Below are positions 1 through 13,369 of a DNA stretch of 64,000 bases, one piece after another. Position 1 is the first letter of the stretch, and each line of letters begins with the position of its first letter. This stretch comes from the human T2T-CHM13v2.0 reference genome, Homo sapiens. A program made the translations under genes and the position numbers. The stretch lies in the NCBI RefSeq assembly GCF_009914755.1, contig NC_060934.1, one strand, 5' to 3'. The notes beneath the pieces were generated by a model, which was not told where the DNA came from, searched no databases, and saw only the letters and a list, made by a program, of their open reading frames with translations.

Positions 1-103
1 ACTGAGATACATTTGGAGTGAGAAGGGACACTATAATACACGTGCCCCGACAACAGGCGTAACTTGGGCCATCACAGGTAAACATGGACACGTATTCCTT
101 CTA
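1..103 (+). mobile_element. MER94-like hAT-Blackjack fragment
   Basis: gagtgagaagggacactataat...gacaacaggcgtaac...ggtaaacatggacacgt resembles the MER94 consensus. Confidence 0.6.
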
Positions 104-139
104 ACTATGTTGTTCACCTAAATCCACATCAACTCACCA

Positions 140-250
140 AGGTAGGTATTCTTATGCCCATTTTGCAGAGGGGGAAACCAAGGCTTGTTCAAGGTCACAC
201 AGCTGGTGAACAGAACAGCTGGGCTTGGAACTGACTGCTATGCATTGACT
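140..250 (-). mobile_element. MIR fragment
   Basis: MIR core: cccattttgcagag..ggaaaccaaggct..caaggtcacacagctgg. Confidence 0.75.
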
Positions 251-2217
251 TTTCTGGGCAGACTCAGCCAACAAGAGACATACTGAGGGCATCTTGGTAC
301 TTCCTCCCTGCAGGTGCTTGGGTCTGTGAGGTACCCGAGGCAGAACAGATGGCAAAACCTTCATTCTCTGTGAAAGGGCCTGAGAACAGGTACTGTGGGA
401 AGGGGAGCACAAAGGTGCTGGGCAATGGGTCTGCCTTGCCAGGGCCTCACACACCCATCCCACAACACTGGCTTCATATTTGCTTTATCCATGTTCAAAG
501 GATATCCAATGTCTGGACACAAAAGTGAACCCCAGAAACAAACCCTCCAGAGGCAGAATGTACTGTTCTACCCCAGTTCTCATGTGGCATTAGGATAAGA
601 AGGGCAGCTGCCAAATTAGGATCTGTAGAGATGTCCGGGGTTATGATAAAAGTGAGACATTTAGATATTTGTGATAAATATTGATGCCAATGCCTCCCTC
701 CCATCAACTGCACAGCTGCATCACGCCTGACCTCGTGCTTGATGCTTTACAGACATCACGTTGAAGCCTCCCAGGCCTGCAAGGTAATGTTACCCTCAAT
801 TTACAGGTGAAGCAAATGAGACAGAGATTGCAGGCAGTAACTAACAGGGCCAGAATGTGGTGCCAGGCCTGGAGAACTTCACAGGTCCCATGCTTTGCTC
901 TGTAGTTGTACAACTCTCATGGCTCAGGCTATTTGGGGTTTGCTCTTGGATAAAAAATAACAAAAACAAAAATCCATTGCTACAACTTCCAAAGGATTTA
1001 TTACCCCAGATGTCATGCCTGACGACGTGTGACCTCTGAGATGAGGGCCTGTTGCAGTCGTCCTTAGCGCCTCGAACAGAGGTCCTGGTGACCTGCTTCG
1101 GGAGGCTCTGCTCAGATTGAACCATTGGTGTGACAGCCACATCACCTCAGGCCCCCAGGCCTTTTCTCCCCGTGGGCCAGCAGGGAACCTTTGCTAATCA
1201 GGACTTACATTAATCTCTTTAGCTATGTGCAACACAGACATCAGTGGTCTTTTTCTTTTAAGATTGGCAGAGCTATAAAATGTCCACATTTTATAGAGAA
1301 AAGGAATGTCCATAAATCCAATTGTAAGTGTTACTACGCTATTATATTTTAACAACTCAGAGGTTTCTGGTGAAAATCCTTATAGTTGAACAACCTTAGT
1401 TGAATATAATAGTTTATAATTGACATAGATATGTTGCAATTGTCTAGAAGCCAACTTTTCTCACAAAGTTTAGGTTCTGTGAGACAATGAGTAAATTTAG
1501 ATGCTGTTAGTTAAACCATCCATTTAACGGGTACATTAATTAATGCCACCTATTTAAAGAAACATTTGTTTTTGGATAGACTTTCCTCTTATTATCAGAC
1601 AATTCTGGGCAAGTAAAAAAAATTATTGTCAGTTTGTAGGCAAAATAGGAAATGGGCTTTCTTCATTGAACTAGACAATCAATGGGAATCTACCTGAATC
1701 ATATTTGTCCAAACAAGGCCACTGGGAATTGGAAATGAGATGGAACCAATGGGGAGACAGGAGCTGGAAAATTCTGGATTTTGCAGTGGTCATAAAGCAG
1801 CTCCTCGCCGTACCAAGTAGGACGTCTCTGAATCTCAGCAGAGACTCAGCCCCTGTAGGAGGAGGCTGAGAGGTCTCCTTCAAGGATGACACATGCCCAC
1901 AGGGCCAGCCAGCCATTCGGAAGCCTCCACTCTTCAGAGACATGTGTGTCTGTGCGTGGCAATGTGAAACGTGACTAGGGCTTAGTTAACTCTCTGAAGA
2001 GCTGGATTCTTGATTCACGATAACAATAGTGACGGTAAATATTTGTTGAGTACTCACGAGGTGCCGAGCACCACACAGCACTTTCTGAAGTAGGTGCTGA
2101 TACTACAGTCCTGTGTATAGCTGGGAAACAGAGGTCAGGGAATGCAAGGAACTGGCTCAAGGCTTATTAGCCCTCACCCTTAATGAGGGTGCTGTGTCAT
2201 GTTTGTTGTGCCTGGAG

Positions 2218-2445
2218 AGGAGAGCTGGATAAAACACAGGATGCCTAGTTAAATTTGAATTTCAAATGAGGAAATACAAGTCAAAATTCACCCCAAAATC
2301 AATTCATTCTAAAATGATTTTTGTTGTTGTTGCTGAAGTATGTCTTGTGTACCATTTGGAACATACTTATAAAAATGATTTTTTAATCTGAAATTCAGGT
2401 TTCAATGGGCATCCCATATTTGCATTTGCTAGACATCGCAATCCT
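2218..2445. mobile_element. MER53 (palindromic hAT MITE)
   Basis: caggatgcctagttaaatttgaatttca...gtatgtc...gaacatactta...tctgaaattcag...gggcatcc; hairpin symmetry. Confidence 0.8.
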
Positions 2446-2889
2446 TAGTGTCCTCCCTTCTCTGTGATGCTAATGATGGGTTCCAAAGTTATGAATGCTT
2501 TGCTTATAAAATAATTGGCTTTGAAAGTCTTACCCAATGTGAGCAGTTGGAAAGTCTAGGAATAATTGTCACCTATTAGGAGCCGCTCCTCCCAGACACA
2601 AATCTGGCAGCATCTGTGTCCCTCTTAGCAACTTCAGGTCCTTTCTCTGGGGCACCTGTGGGTTCCTGGGATCAGTGCCTTGGGGCAGGGAAACCCGCAT
2701 CTCCAGCAGGCCACATGGAGGCCCAGAGGCTTCCAGAACACATTCTGATCCCACCCCGTTAGGGGACGAAACAAAGCCTCTCCACATCATTGGGGCACTT
2801 GATGGGCAGTTCTCAGTCATGGAAGACTTCAGTTTTGAAGATGATGGAACAACACAGGAAATGTATGAGGTAGATTTAGAAGAGAAGGA

Positions 2890-3230
2890 GGCTGGGTGCG
2901 GTGGCTCACACTTGTAATCCCAGCACTTTGGGAAGCTGAGGCAGGCAGGTCACTTGAGGTCAGGAGTTCGAGACCAGCCTGGCCAATATGGTGAAACCCC
3001 GTCTCTACTAAAAATACAAAAATTAGTCAGGTGTGGTGGCACATGCCTGTAATCCCAGCTACTTGGCAGTCTGAGGCAGCAGAATCACTTGAACCTGAGA
3101 GGTGGAGGCGGAGGTTGCAGTGAGCTGAGATTGTGTCACTGGACTCCAGCCTGGGCAACAGAGCAAGACTCTGTCTCAAAAAAAAAAAAAAAAGAAAGAA
3201 AGAAAGAAAGAGAAGAAAAAGAAAAAGAGG
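2890..3230 (+). mobile_element. Alu (AluS family), full length, with A/GAAA tail
   Basis: Two monomers, taaaaatacaaaaatt linker, A-rich tail. Confidence 0.97.
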
Positions 3231-4159
3231 CAAAGTACTGTTGACATTTGGATGTAACATGCATACAAAAGATAAACTAACAATTATTATTCTCAGGTTA
3301 TTGACTTGTGGGTGATTTTAACATAGCGAGCTTCTACTTTTTTTATATTATAACATGTGGACAAGGTTAAAATGCTTAAAAATCTCTTCACCATCTGTCT
3401 TCTCTCTCACTTAAGGAATAGGAATTTGGCCAGCAAGTTGCTACTCATTCATTGTTCGCATCCAACACCGAGGAGACAGAGGTGCTGAAATCTGTCACAG
3501 GGGGCAAGAAGCAGGTCTGAAATTCAAAGGAGCTGGAATCCTCCTTCTCCCAGGAGATTAGATCCTTCTCATTCTCCCCAAAGAATGACAGGGCTGAACC
3601 AGGTGCTACGAAACTCTACTATGTTAAAAGAGTAACCAAAGCTGTCACTCATTAAACGTGCCCAATGGTGGCATCTTGAGGCCAATGCTTCCCTCTAAAC
3701 CACCAAACTGTCATAGACCCTCAGAACCAGAGTGCCAGGTTAGGTCACAAGAAGTCATCTTGTTCTAGACCACCCACTGGCTGTCCATCAGAAGTCCCCC
3801 TCTCCAGATGGCTGTCTCCTGAGGTCCTCAGCAGCTGAGTTTGGCCCACTTTGAACTATGATGCTACCTACACGTCACACGTGAACATAGGCATTACACG
3901 GAACCATGGGCACCGTTCTTCTCTGGAAGGTACTCAGTTACAGGGACTGCTCATAGGTGGCTAGCCTTTAGGATTACTGATGGCATATTCTGGGTTTCTG
4001 CATAAAGCTTTTGTTTGCAGAGAGGACGCTGGGTTAGAACATTTATTTCTATAAAAAAAAAGCACCTCATTCAGGGCAATTCGCCTTTGAGGTCTCACGT
4101 GAAATTGAATTGGCAGGTTCATAAAGCATGGTGCCATTCCTCACTGTGTATCTTTGGGA

Positions 4160-4285
4160 AAATCTGTTAGCCTCTCTGTGAGTCAGTTTTCTCATCTGAA
4201 AAACAGGGACAAGTCTCACTTATCCCACGGGGTGGTTGGAGGAAGAGCCCGGCACAGTCTCTGACTCCCAGTGAGTGCTCGGCAT
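4160..4285 (+). mobile_element. MIR fragment
   Basis: cctctctgtgagtcagttttctcatctgaaaaacaggg. Confidence 0.75.
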
Positions 4286-7089
4286 ACCAGATATCATCTC
4301 TTCTTGCAAAGTGGCATCCCTGGCTTCCTGGTGGCCCCAGAACCGAGCACGCCAGCTGGTATACAACAGACTCACTGGGGGTCCTTTGGTGGCTCTGATC
4401 AGCATGCTGATCCAGAGAGTTGCCTAAAGCTTCCATTTGGGGCTCTCATCCTGCGTTTCCGGGGTGTTTTCTAACCGTAAAGAAGACAGGCATCATGGTA
4501 CTGATTTCAATTTTCAGGAATAGTTGGTGATAGCAGAGGCTGCTGAGAATCTGCAATTTCACACTTTTATAGATCCAGAGTCAGTAGATAAAAAGCATCT
4601 AGTCTTCCTGGCTCCATATACTCTCTCATCCCAAGCTGCTTTCTGACTCTCCTTAGAGATCTCAGCCTTTATCCAATGCGTAGTCCAATTTCTTGGGAAA
4701 TTAGACTTGCAATAGAAAATTTTCCATTGTTTCACACAGGGCCAAGGGAAAAAAGCCTATGTCAGCTGATTCATCATACTTACTAATTGTTCCTGCGTTC
4801 TTTGGAGATTTAGAAAGCACAGCTCTGCCAAATCTACTGAAAATGCTTTATTCAAACATGAAAAATAGTCTTCATTTTGCCTATCGTTTTTCCTATCAAT
4901 TTATAGCCTGTAAGTTTTCACAAGTCCTTCTACTTAGGATACAATTTGGGGGAAGACTTTTGCTTATAATAAGCACAATTCTAAATAAACTTGTGTTATT
5001 CAATCTAGTTGTTTTTGCTTCCTTAATAAGTCTAAAGTATAATGCTCTGACATAGATTCGAAGTTGATTTCAAAGAAGTATTTCTCATATTTCAGCTTCT
5101 GCCTGTCACATTCTTCTGCTCCCTCAAATCAGCTGAGGTTCTAAGCACCAAGGAGATGAACACTATTTGTGGATGGGAGCCATTTCTCCAAGGAAATGAT
5201 TCTGCTGTCTGCCTTTGCCATACATAACACACACAATAAAATGAAGAACAACCTTCTATTTTGAATGCCCTTGAATGCTTGAGCTGAGAGCCTAATAGGC
5301 ATCTATATAAAATTTTTAAAAGGCCACCACTCAAAATTGAGAAGGAATTATAAGCAAGCAATGTTAGGAGAACATCCTCAGCAGCACCTCCCAGCACATG
5401 CCTCTATAGTACGAGAAGAGCAGCCCGCGTGGCCCTTCCTCACCACTTCATGGTGTAGGACGTGGGCCGATGCCAGGCTCAGGGACAGACACATGCAGGA
5501 CAGAAGCACTGTGGCATGAAAGAAAATTCTCCACGGTCTTTGGTCACAATTACTGAGCCTCAGCAGCAACACTCCAGTTGCCAGAGGGAGGGGAAAGCTG
5601 TGCATTGGGCATGAGTGCTTTCATGCCTGGACCTGTGCTTTATGTGAGGCCAATGCTGGTACTACACCAGCTAGAGCCATCCCAGCATCCCTGGGGGTTC
5701 GTGCCCAGACTTATAGATGAGGAAACTGCTACCTAAGAGATGCTGGATGACTGACCAGGATAGTACGGCCCATAAAACGTGGGACTTGGATTTGAACCCG
5801 GCACTGTCCTCTCAGAGTGGAACTCATGACCCCCACCAGCTAAGGCTGTGGGGCTCCAGACATCTGGACTCCTGGGGAGGGGGCCTGGGGAGAGATGCGG
5901 GAAAGGCAGCTTCCAGGTGGGTCTCTGGTGTGATATGGAGCTGACTGCCCTCAGGGGAGCCCAGAGAGGGCCTGACTTGGGGCCCCTCCTCCTGTCCTTC
6001 CCTGTCTCCGGGGTTAGAGCCACCCTCATGTTCAGCTCCTCCATTCTTAGACAGGTCCTGCAGGCTCCAAGCTGGGGCCATGCTGGTGAGGGGAGTCCCA
6101 GGAGAAAGAAGAGCTCCAGCTGGACACACCTCCAGCTCTGGGCATCTCCTTCCACCAGGGCCCTGTCTTGCCTTCCTGGAGCTGGGAGCTTGCAGCTGCT
6201 GGACTCTTTCCCCAGGGCCTTTCTGGAGAAGAGGTCCCCCAGGCAGGAGAGGGAGAAACAAGCACAGGAAGGATGGACAGTGGCTCTTCTGGCTCTTAGA
6301 AGGCTCTAGGGGATGGACTCTTGGGGAGGGGCCTGGGGAGGTGCCTGGGTGGCGGTGGGGGCGTTGCACGGCCCTTGTCACGAAGGGAGGTTCCAAGGGC
6401 ATCTTCCCATAATACTGCAGTCTTTAGCCCGTGGCTTCACCTGAATCACAACATACCAGCTCCAGAGCCCCTCTGCTTCCTGCCTTCCCTGGCTCACCTT
6501 GGCCCTGGACTGCCAAAGAGCCACTGTCACGATGTCAGGTCAAACGTCTGTTGCCACCTACAAGTGAGCAGGAAGGGACACAGGAGAGGGGCGTGTCTGG
6601 AGGCACTCTGCAGCCCCAGCCAGCTGTTTCATGGAGGATCCCAGGCAGGTGCTGCAGCAGGAGACGAGGGAGCAATTACTCGGGAAAAGTGGACATCAGG
6701 GAAGCATCAGAGCCAAGCCAGTCCCGCCACCCTCCTCCTCTACGTGAACGGCTTTTGTTGTCAGTCACAGATACTGCTCCTGCCGCCTCTGAGTCAGGTT
6801 TGGGAGTGAGAAGCAACTCTTTAGAAAGGGGGCACCCCCGAAGAGGGCGGGATCCTCTGAGCCCACTGTTTCGACTGCTTTCAGAGGAGGCTGTGCTGGT
6901 GGCAGAAGGGCAAGAAGGCTTTTTTCAAGGATGAAAAACATTCCTGACCATTTGTACCACATACACCTCTGCCCGACCCCTGGAAAGGGTGGCCAGGAGC
7001 TGGCTGCCTTTGCTAAAGCACCATGTATATGTTTTCTGTTGTGTCTCAAGATTCAAAGCAAGGAGGTAAAAGGGAAATAATGAGAAAGG

Positions 7090-7290
7090 AGTTATTAAAA
7101 AATATGTCACACGCTTGGGGAGTCAGAGTTTGAAAGCTGAATGCTCTCTGCAAAGTTTCCTCGTTAAGTGTTCCCATTTTGCCGGTGAGGAAACACGCCC
7201 AGAGAAGTAAAGAAACCTGCACGGGATCGCACGGCAATTAGTGTGGGGGCAGAGCCAGAGCTTCCGTCATCCATGCGTGATCCTGCCCGA
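7090..7290. mobile_element. MIR-derived fragments
   Basis: cccattttgccggtgaggaaacacgcccagagaagtaaagaaacctgc resembles the MIR core (minus orientation). Confidence 0.6.
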
Positions 7291-8299
7291 TCATTTGGAA
7301 AATCGGTTTTTAGCCGTGAGCCCGACTGCATAACTGGGCGGAGGTGTGCGTGTGTTCATGCTTCACACGTGGGAGTGGAAAGTGAGCATGTGTTCAGGCT
7401 GCAAAATGAGGGCAAGAGGGGCCTGGATTCCCCTTCACAAAGCAGACTGACCTGGTCAGCCACTCCGATAACCAGCTGGAACTTCAGCACAAACCATGTT
7501 CAGCTTTTATCACCAAAATAAGCAAAAGACTTCAGTCTGAACCATAGCTCACAGAACTGTGGCTGGGAACGTTGCTCCTCTCTGACCTTCCTGGAACTGC
7601 AACTGGGAATTCCTGCAGTCACAACGCAACCCTTACAACGATGTTACGACAGGATGTAAGAGCCCAGAGCGTGGTAACTCCAGCCTCCCTTCCAAATGGA
7701 ACAAAGTCGAAGCCTTTCGCAGCTTTAACAGAAATGGGAGTGCGGAGCAAAGTTTATCAAACATGAAATGGGCATCTGGGGTTCAACTTGAGTACCCTCA
7801 AAGGGCAGCAGGGACAGGCATCTTATGGGGGAACAGCTGCAGACCTAAGATGTCTGGCACAGACCACCCGTGCAAGCCAGGATGGTGCTCTAGGCACATG
7901 GTACAGATGGGTTAAAGGTGACGGCCCAGCAATGAAACCGGGTGCTCTGCATAATCCCTGGGGAAAGGTGGTGGTGGGGGGAGGGGGCGGGGGGAGTGGG
8001 GTGGGAGTGCTGTTCTTTCAGCCACTGGATGTCAGCCTGAGCAAATCTCTCCAGGACAGAATCAGAACCATGTGGAAAGAATGCACGAGTTCAGGAGCAG
8101 GAATAAGAGGAGAAGCCGGGTGGGCATGGGCGTGGCTGGTGGGCACATGCCTTGCCTGGTGAGGAGCTTCTGTGTGGAGGGGATGCGTGTGCAGCCCTGC
8201 GTTGGCAAGGGGTGTGAAGGCAACATGGGCACGGCTGACATGCATGCAATGGTGGCGCTGCTCCAGAATCACATGTCATCACAAGAGGACTGGGATTGG

Positions 8300-8500
8300 G
8301 CTGTCGACTCTGACGGGCCTGAGCCTGAATTCTGGCTCTGCCTCCGGCCAGCTGAGGGACCTTAGGCAAGACTTAGTTTTTCATACCTGCAAATTAAGGT
8401 TAATAATTATACCTCCCATTCAAGTTTGTTGTGAAGGCTAAATGAGAAAAATGCATGTAGAGAGCTTGGCTTGTAGTAAGTGTTCAGTAATTGAGGACAG
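8300..8500 (+). mobile_element. MIR
   Basis: ctgaattctggctctgcc..gaccttaggcaag..gttgtgaaggctaaatgagaaaaatgcatgtagagagctt. Confidence 0.75.
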
Positions 8501-8530
8501 AAATAGTAAATGTTCAGTAATTGAGGACAG
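8474..8530. repeat. 30-bp tandem duplication
   Basis: tagtaa(g/a)tgttcagtaattgaggacag x2. Confidence 0.9.
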
Positions 8531-8819
8531 GAGCCAACATTTACTGAGCGATTACTATGTGCCAGGCACTTTACCGGGTGCCAGGACACAGGACAATGAT
8601 GACTGACTCAGTTATGCCCTCAGAGCTTATGGCCTGAAGGACTAAGGCTGTTTTGCAAACTGCACTAAATTTCTGGGTGGAAATATGAACATATATACTG
8701 GCCAAGTGAACCAATTCCTGTTTTGCTCTCTGTTCTCCTTGATGCTTGTTCTCTGAAAATAACTGCTTATCGTACAGCAGATTCAACAATAACATTTCTA
8801 TGAAGATAAGTGTTTCCTG

Positions 8820-9190
8820 CTACCACCAGCATTACCACCATCACTATCATCAATACTTGCCCTGTCACCACCACCATCACTATCATTATCACCAACATCA
8901 CCACCACCATTACCATCACCATCATTATCACCATTGTCACTACCATCACCATGATCATAATCACCATATCACCATTATCACTAACACCACCACCATCACC
9001 ATCATGCCCACCACTATTACCATGATTACCACATCATCACCATCGCCATCATTACCATCATCATCGTCACCATCATCACTATTATCACCATCATCATTGC
9101 CATCACCACCTGTCATCATAACCACATCACCGCTGTTATCATCATCATCTTCACTATTGCCACCATCATCATTTTCTCTTCATCATCAAC
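8820..9190. repeat. Degenerate (CAC/CAT)n trinucleotide repeat
   Basis: Direct inspection; source of the His/Ser/Thr-rich false ORFs. Confidence 0.95.
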
Positions 9191-9274
9191 TTCACGCACA
9201 TTGTGAGGCACTTAGTATTTGCCAGGCCCTTTGTTAAGCCCCCTACATAGACGATCTCATTGATGTTCAAGTAG

Positions 9275-9434
9275 CACACTTTTTTCATGACAGCATGGGC
9301 CAGCAGCAGGTACGACACACAGGAGCTTGTTAGAAACATAAATTCTCAGTCCGCACCAGACCCACCGATTCAGAATCTGCATGTCAGCATTATCCCCAGT
9401 GCTTTGCAGGCATGCTCACGTTTGAGAAGCCCTG
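9275..9434. mobile_element. MER5A (hAT-Charlie)
   Basis: gagcttgttagaaacataaattctcag..ccagacc..tcagaatctgcat..gtttgagaagccctg. Confidence 0.8.
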
Positions 9435-10940
9435 GCCCAGATAAGAAGATGGCATTCAGGAAGGCACCGTGTCTCAGCAGAAAGTGACTGCTTTGGAGAG
9501 AGTACCCCCATCACCTTTCTCTTTCCCCTCCTTTTCCTTCCCAGGGACCCCACTGAACAATCCTTCTGACAACCTCACTAGGCCAAGAAAACAAAGAGGC
9601 AGAAAAAAATGGCAATATTTTTGTGAGGCAGAGAGAGAGCTGGGAGTGGAGAGGACAGTGAGGAGGGAGCTGAGTCATGACAGGTGGCGAGCTGGCAGCG
9701 CCCCCCAGAGCCATGCCTTTCATACCATTCATATCCTGGAGTCCCTAGGGAGGAGACAGTGGGGACCTTCCTGTGATGATTCCCCTGGATCAGGGTATGT
9801 CTGGGTGGAGACGAGCTTCCAGAAGCCAGGGGAGGGAAAAGGGGTCAAGGACGGCCCCAGACACTGCCAGTCCTCACTTGAAAGCAGATAGGACATCTGA
9901 TGGGGAAGCCTGCACCCCTAACAATGCTTGGGTTCTGGAATGAAAATCAAGTCCCATTGACAAAAGCAAATCAACATTTTCTGAAAGTTCACAAAGTCGT
10001 AACTGTACCCCCCAATATGCCAACAAACGATTGGTATTAACAAAGGCTTAACACTTGGAATGTAAGAGTTTTTGATCCATAAAGTGCATCCTAAGATATT
10101 TTTTCCCCATTCAACTTCCATTAAATGCATGATTCCAAGAGATCGTTTCATATAAGACCAAGAACTGGGTGCTGAAAGAACAGAAGTGAAACAGATTTTC
10201 AAAAAGTAACTTCAAATGTACAATGTTGGGCTCAGATAGAAGGATTTAATTTTTATAAAACCCTAAGAAGGTTTAGTTGTATTTTTAAACATATGTTTTT
10301 TGAAATACTTAAATAGAAAACATCCTACTCATAAGTCTATTTCATACCAGAATGAAATCAGATAATTAGAAATCATGTTTCTAGTAGGGTATTTTTACAC
10401 TCTGGAAATATAAGACAATTTCCTACTAAATGAAACACTTTGTTGCACATTTTTGTCCTTCCTCCTGGAGCTTTTAAGTTCTGATTATCAGGAGGAAGGG
10501 GTGGACTTTAAATTCATCTTTCTGCCCCCAAACCATGCTCTGCAGTAGACATGGGCCAGGCCTCCCACCCATGTAGCTGAAGCTTCTGATATGTTCAAGC
10601 CTCCTCTTTTCTTTAAATAAAAGTGGCTGTTTTCTTTGCAAGTATAAAACAAACCAAATGTAAATCCAGTGATTAAATGCAGTAAGATTTTATAGATCAA
10701 GGTTAAAAAAAAATCTTACTGGCAGTGTGTACAGAGGGTTGTCAGACAATATAAAATCAATTGGTATGGAAAGAAAGAAAATCCAATACCTTTTTGTGGT
10801 TCCTCTGTTTACCAGGAAAAGAACAAAACAAAAGAGAAAAACCTGAGATGACCACGCTAATGGAAACACTTCTGCAGGGAGCCTGGGGATTTCTTTACCC
10901 AAGTGATCACACGTGCAGATGCCCTCAGAGCCTCCCCTTC

Positions 10941-11027
10941 CCAGGAGGCGGGCAGGGGCTTCCGGTGGAGGGAGAGGAACCAGGAGGTGGGCAGGGGCTT
11001 CCGGTGGAGGGAGGGGAATCTAGGAGG
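10941..11027. repeat. 39-bp G-rich tandem duplication
   Basis: ccaggagg(c/t)gggcaggggcttccggtggaggga(g)(a/g)ggaa x2.2. Confidence 0.9.
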
Positions 11028-11349
11028 GGAAATATTATCAATTGGCCTGAAAGTTCTTAATTTGCCTTTTGAGAAAAAGCCTGTAGGAACCAAATTCCAA
11101 TCCTGTTTGACTCCTGTGACTTCTCAGCCTCAATTCTGGGTTTGTCTGGGCATGGCAGTTCTGAGGATAAATTATGTTTGATGCATTTGAAGACTTTCAT
11201 TCATTTTAATGGCTGCATAATTGTAAGAGCCTTTTAAAATTGTTTGTAGAATAAAAAAGTTATATATATTAACTTGAGAAAATTATAAAGAATAAATTTC
11301 AAGTCTCCAATAAAACACATTAGAAAATATTAATTAGCATTGAATGTAT

Positions 11350-11515
11350 CTATTTCCTTCCATTCTTTCCCTATACATGTGCATTCTCTCCCTCTCCCTC
11401 CCCCTCCCTCTCCCCCTCTCTTCCTCTTCCCCCCCACTGTCTCCCTCCAGTCCTATTCTCTTTATCTCTCCCGCCTCCTTCCCTACCTTCCACTCACTCT
11501 TTCTCCTTCCTCCAG
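11350..11515. repeat. CT-rich low-complexity tract
   Basis: Nearly pure pyrimidine stretch. Confidence 0.85.
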
Positions 11516-12129
11516 TTGCAAACCTCACTTTTCCTTTGGGAACCCCCTTCGTGCTCTGTTCATGCCTGCTGTTCAGATGGAGCTCTGCCCCATATTCCAG
11601 TAAATGCTCGAAGGCATGATTGTTAATCTCTTACTGATGTCATGCTTCTGCGCTTTCTATTGAAGACTCTCAAGGCCCTTGTGACCTGGCCGCTGCTGCA
11701 CTCTAGTATCCCACATGCAGGTGCTCAACGAGTTGTGCTTCTCCAGCAGTGTTTGGCCCTTAAGGTGTCAGTCCACATCCTTGGCTTGGCCAATTCCTAC
11801 CTGCCCTTTATATGTGGCTAATTCTTACTGATCCTTCCATTTTGGCTGAGCTGCAACTTCCTCCAGGAAGCCTTCTTGTGGTACTCTCCTTTCCTGTCTT
11901 ACCAAGCCCAGGGAAGGTTCCTTTTCTGTGTGATCTTCCAGCCCCCAAAGCACTCATGGCATTGGGCTCTTATGGCCAAATTACTTATCTGTACCTTAGA
12001 TGCAGGGTACACTCGTAGAGGGGTCAGGGACTGGATCTGTTTCTACCCGCCCCTCACACCTTATATTTCCTGCAGCTAACACTGCTCCTGGCATTTATCT
12101 GACGTTCAATACAACATCTTCAATGCCTA

Positions 12130-12720
12130 TCATGACCACACTGCAATGAATATACTTTTGCATATGCCTTGGGATACACTATACTTTCCTGAGGATAAAT
12201 CCCTGATGTGAAACTGCTGAGTCGAATGCTGTATGTTTAATATTCTTAATATGTATTTCTAAACTGCTCTACCAAAGGGTGTATCCATTTCCACTCTTCC
12301 AAACTGTGTAAGAACCCACCCACTCTCCTGAAACTCCATTAACACCGAATTGTAGTTTTTAAAAGCTTTGCCAATCTGATAGATGAAAAATATGACCTCA
12401 TTTGAATTTTCATTTAAGTATAAATCAATTGGAATGTTTTCCCACATATTCATTAGTCATTTGTACTTTCTTTGTGATTGTCTTAAGCCCTTTTTAAATT
12501 CAGTGTGAACGTCTTTTGCTTCCTGATTTGTAAAAGCTCATGATATATTCACTATATTTATGCTGCCAATATTTTTTCCATTGTATCATGTGCTCCTTGT
12601 CCTTGATTTGGATATTTTAATAAAAACAAACATTTTTAACTTACAGATTAACTATTAACTATTGCAGTCTTATCCCTTAGAGTTTTTTCCCTTTACCTTT
12701 ACGTTAAGCAAGGACATGCA
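12130..12720 (-). mobile_element. Old L1M (L1ME-like) fragment
   Basis: ctgcaatgaatatactt..ggataaatccc..tttgccaatctgatagatgaaaaatatgacctcatt, typical of antisense L1M 3' ORF2/UTR. Confidence 0.75.
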
Positions 12721-13369
12721 TTAAATCTAAGGGAATTGTGTCCTATGTAAATTATAAAACTTGTGCTTTAGAAGGTTATAAGTTCAATTTTAGCAACCAA
12801 AAACATTTTATTAAGAACGTAAGACATCAACTTAAAGGGACTTCTTCATTGCATTGTCCTGTAAATGGAAGCATCTTCTGAGGCCCCTATTGACTTTTGC
12901 CTGCCATATACTGTAAATCTATATATTCTTGTACTTTAATAGCTTTAGTTTTAAAAATGATTTCTTCAATCTACTAGAGGCCGAGGTTTGCCAGAATAGT
13001 ACAGCCCATTAAGATTATTTAAAGTTTGCGAGAAACTTATTTACTATATTTTTTTCTTCTCTGTGTTGGAACATTTGGCTTTCTTTTTCCAGGGTTTTTA
13101 TAACAACGATGTCTTCTTAGGAACTTTGAAATCTTAGGAGGGAGGAAATAAGGCAACAGAAATAGAAGATTAGTAGGAAAAAAAAAAAGCACCAGCTATT
13201 GGGTCCTTTATACCATACGAATGTCTTAATAATATATACCCTTAAAGCAAAACTGCCACCCTCCCTAATTCTAGCTACTGCGCCATCTATAGCAACTCCC
13301 TCCCATGAGTGGTCGTGATGTGCTGCTTTTCTTACCTTCCATCCTCTCCTTGCCCTGGCGCAGGACTCC

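Noticed and set aside
5717-6934. Cluster of overlapping 110-190-aa ORFs
   Set aside because: Expected in GC-rich noncoding DNA; no homology or splice structure recognised.
8746-9237. Poly-His/Ser ORF
   Set aside because: Product of the (CAC/CAT)n repeat.
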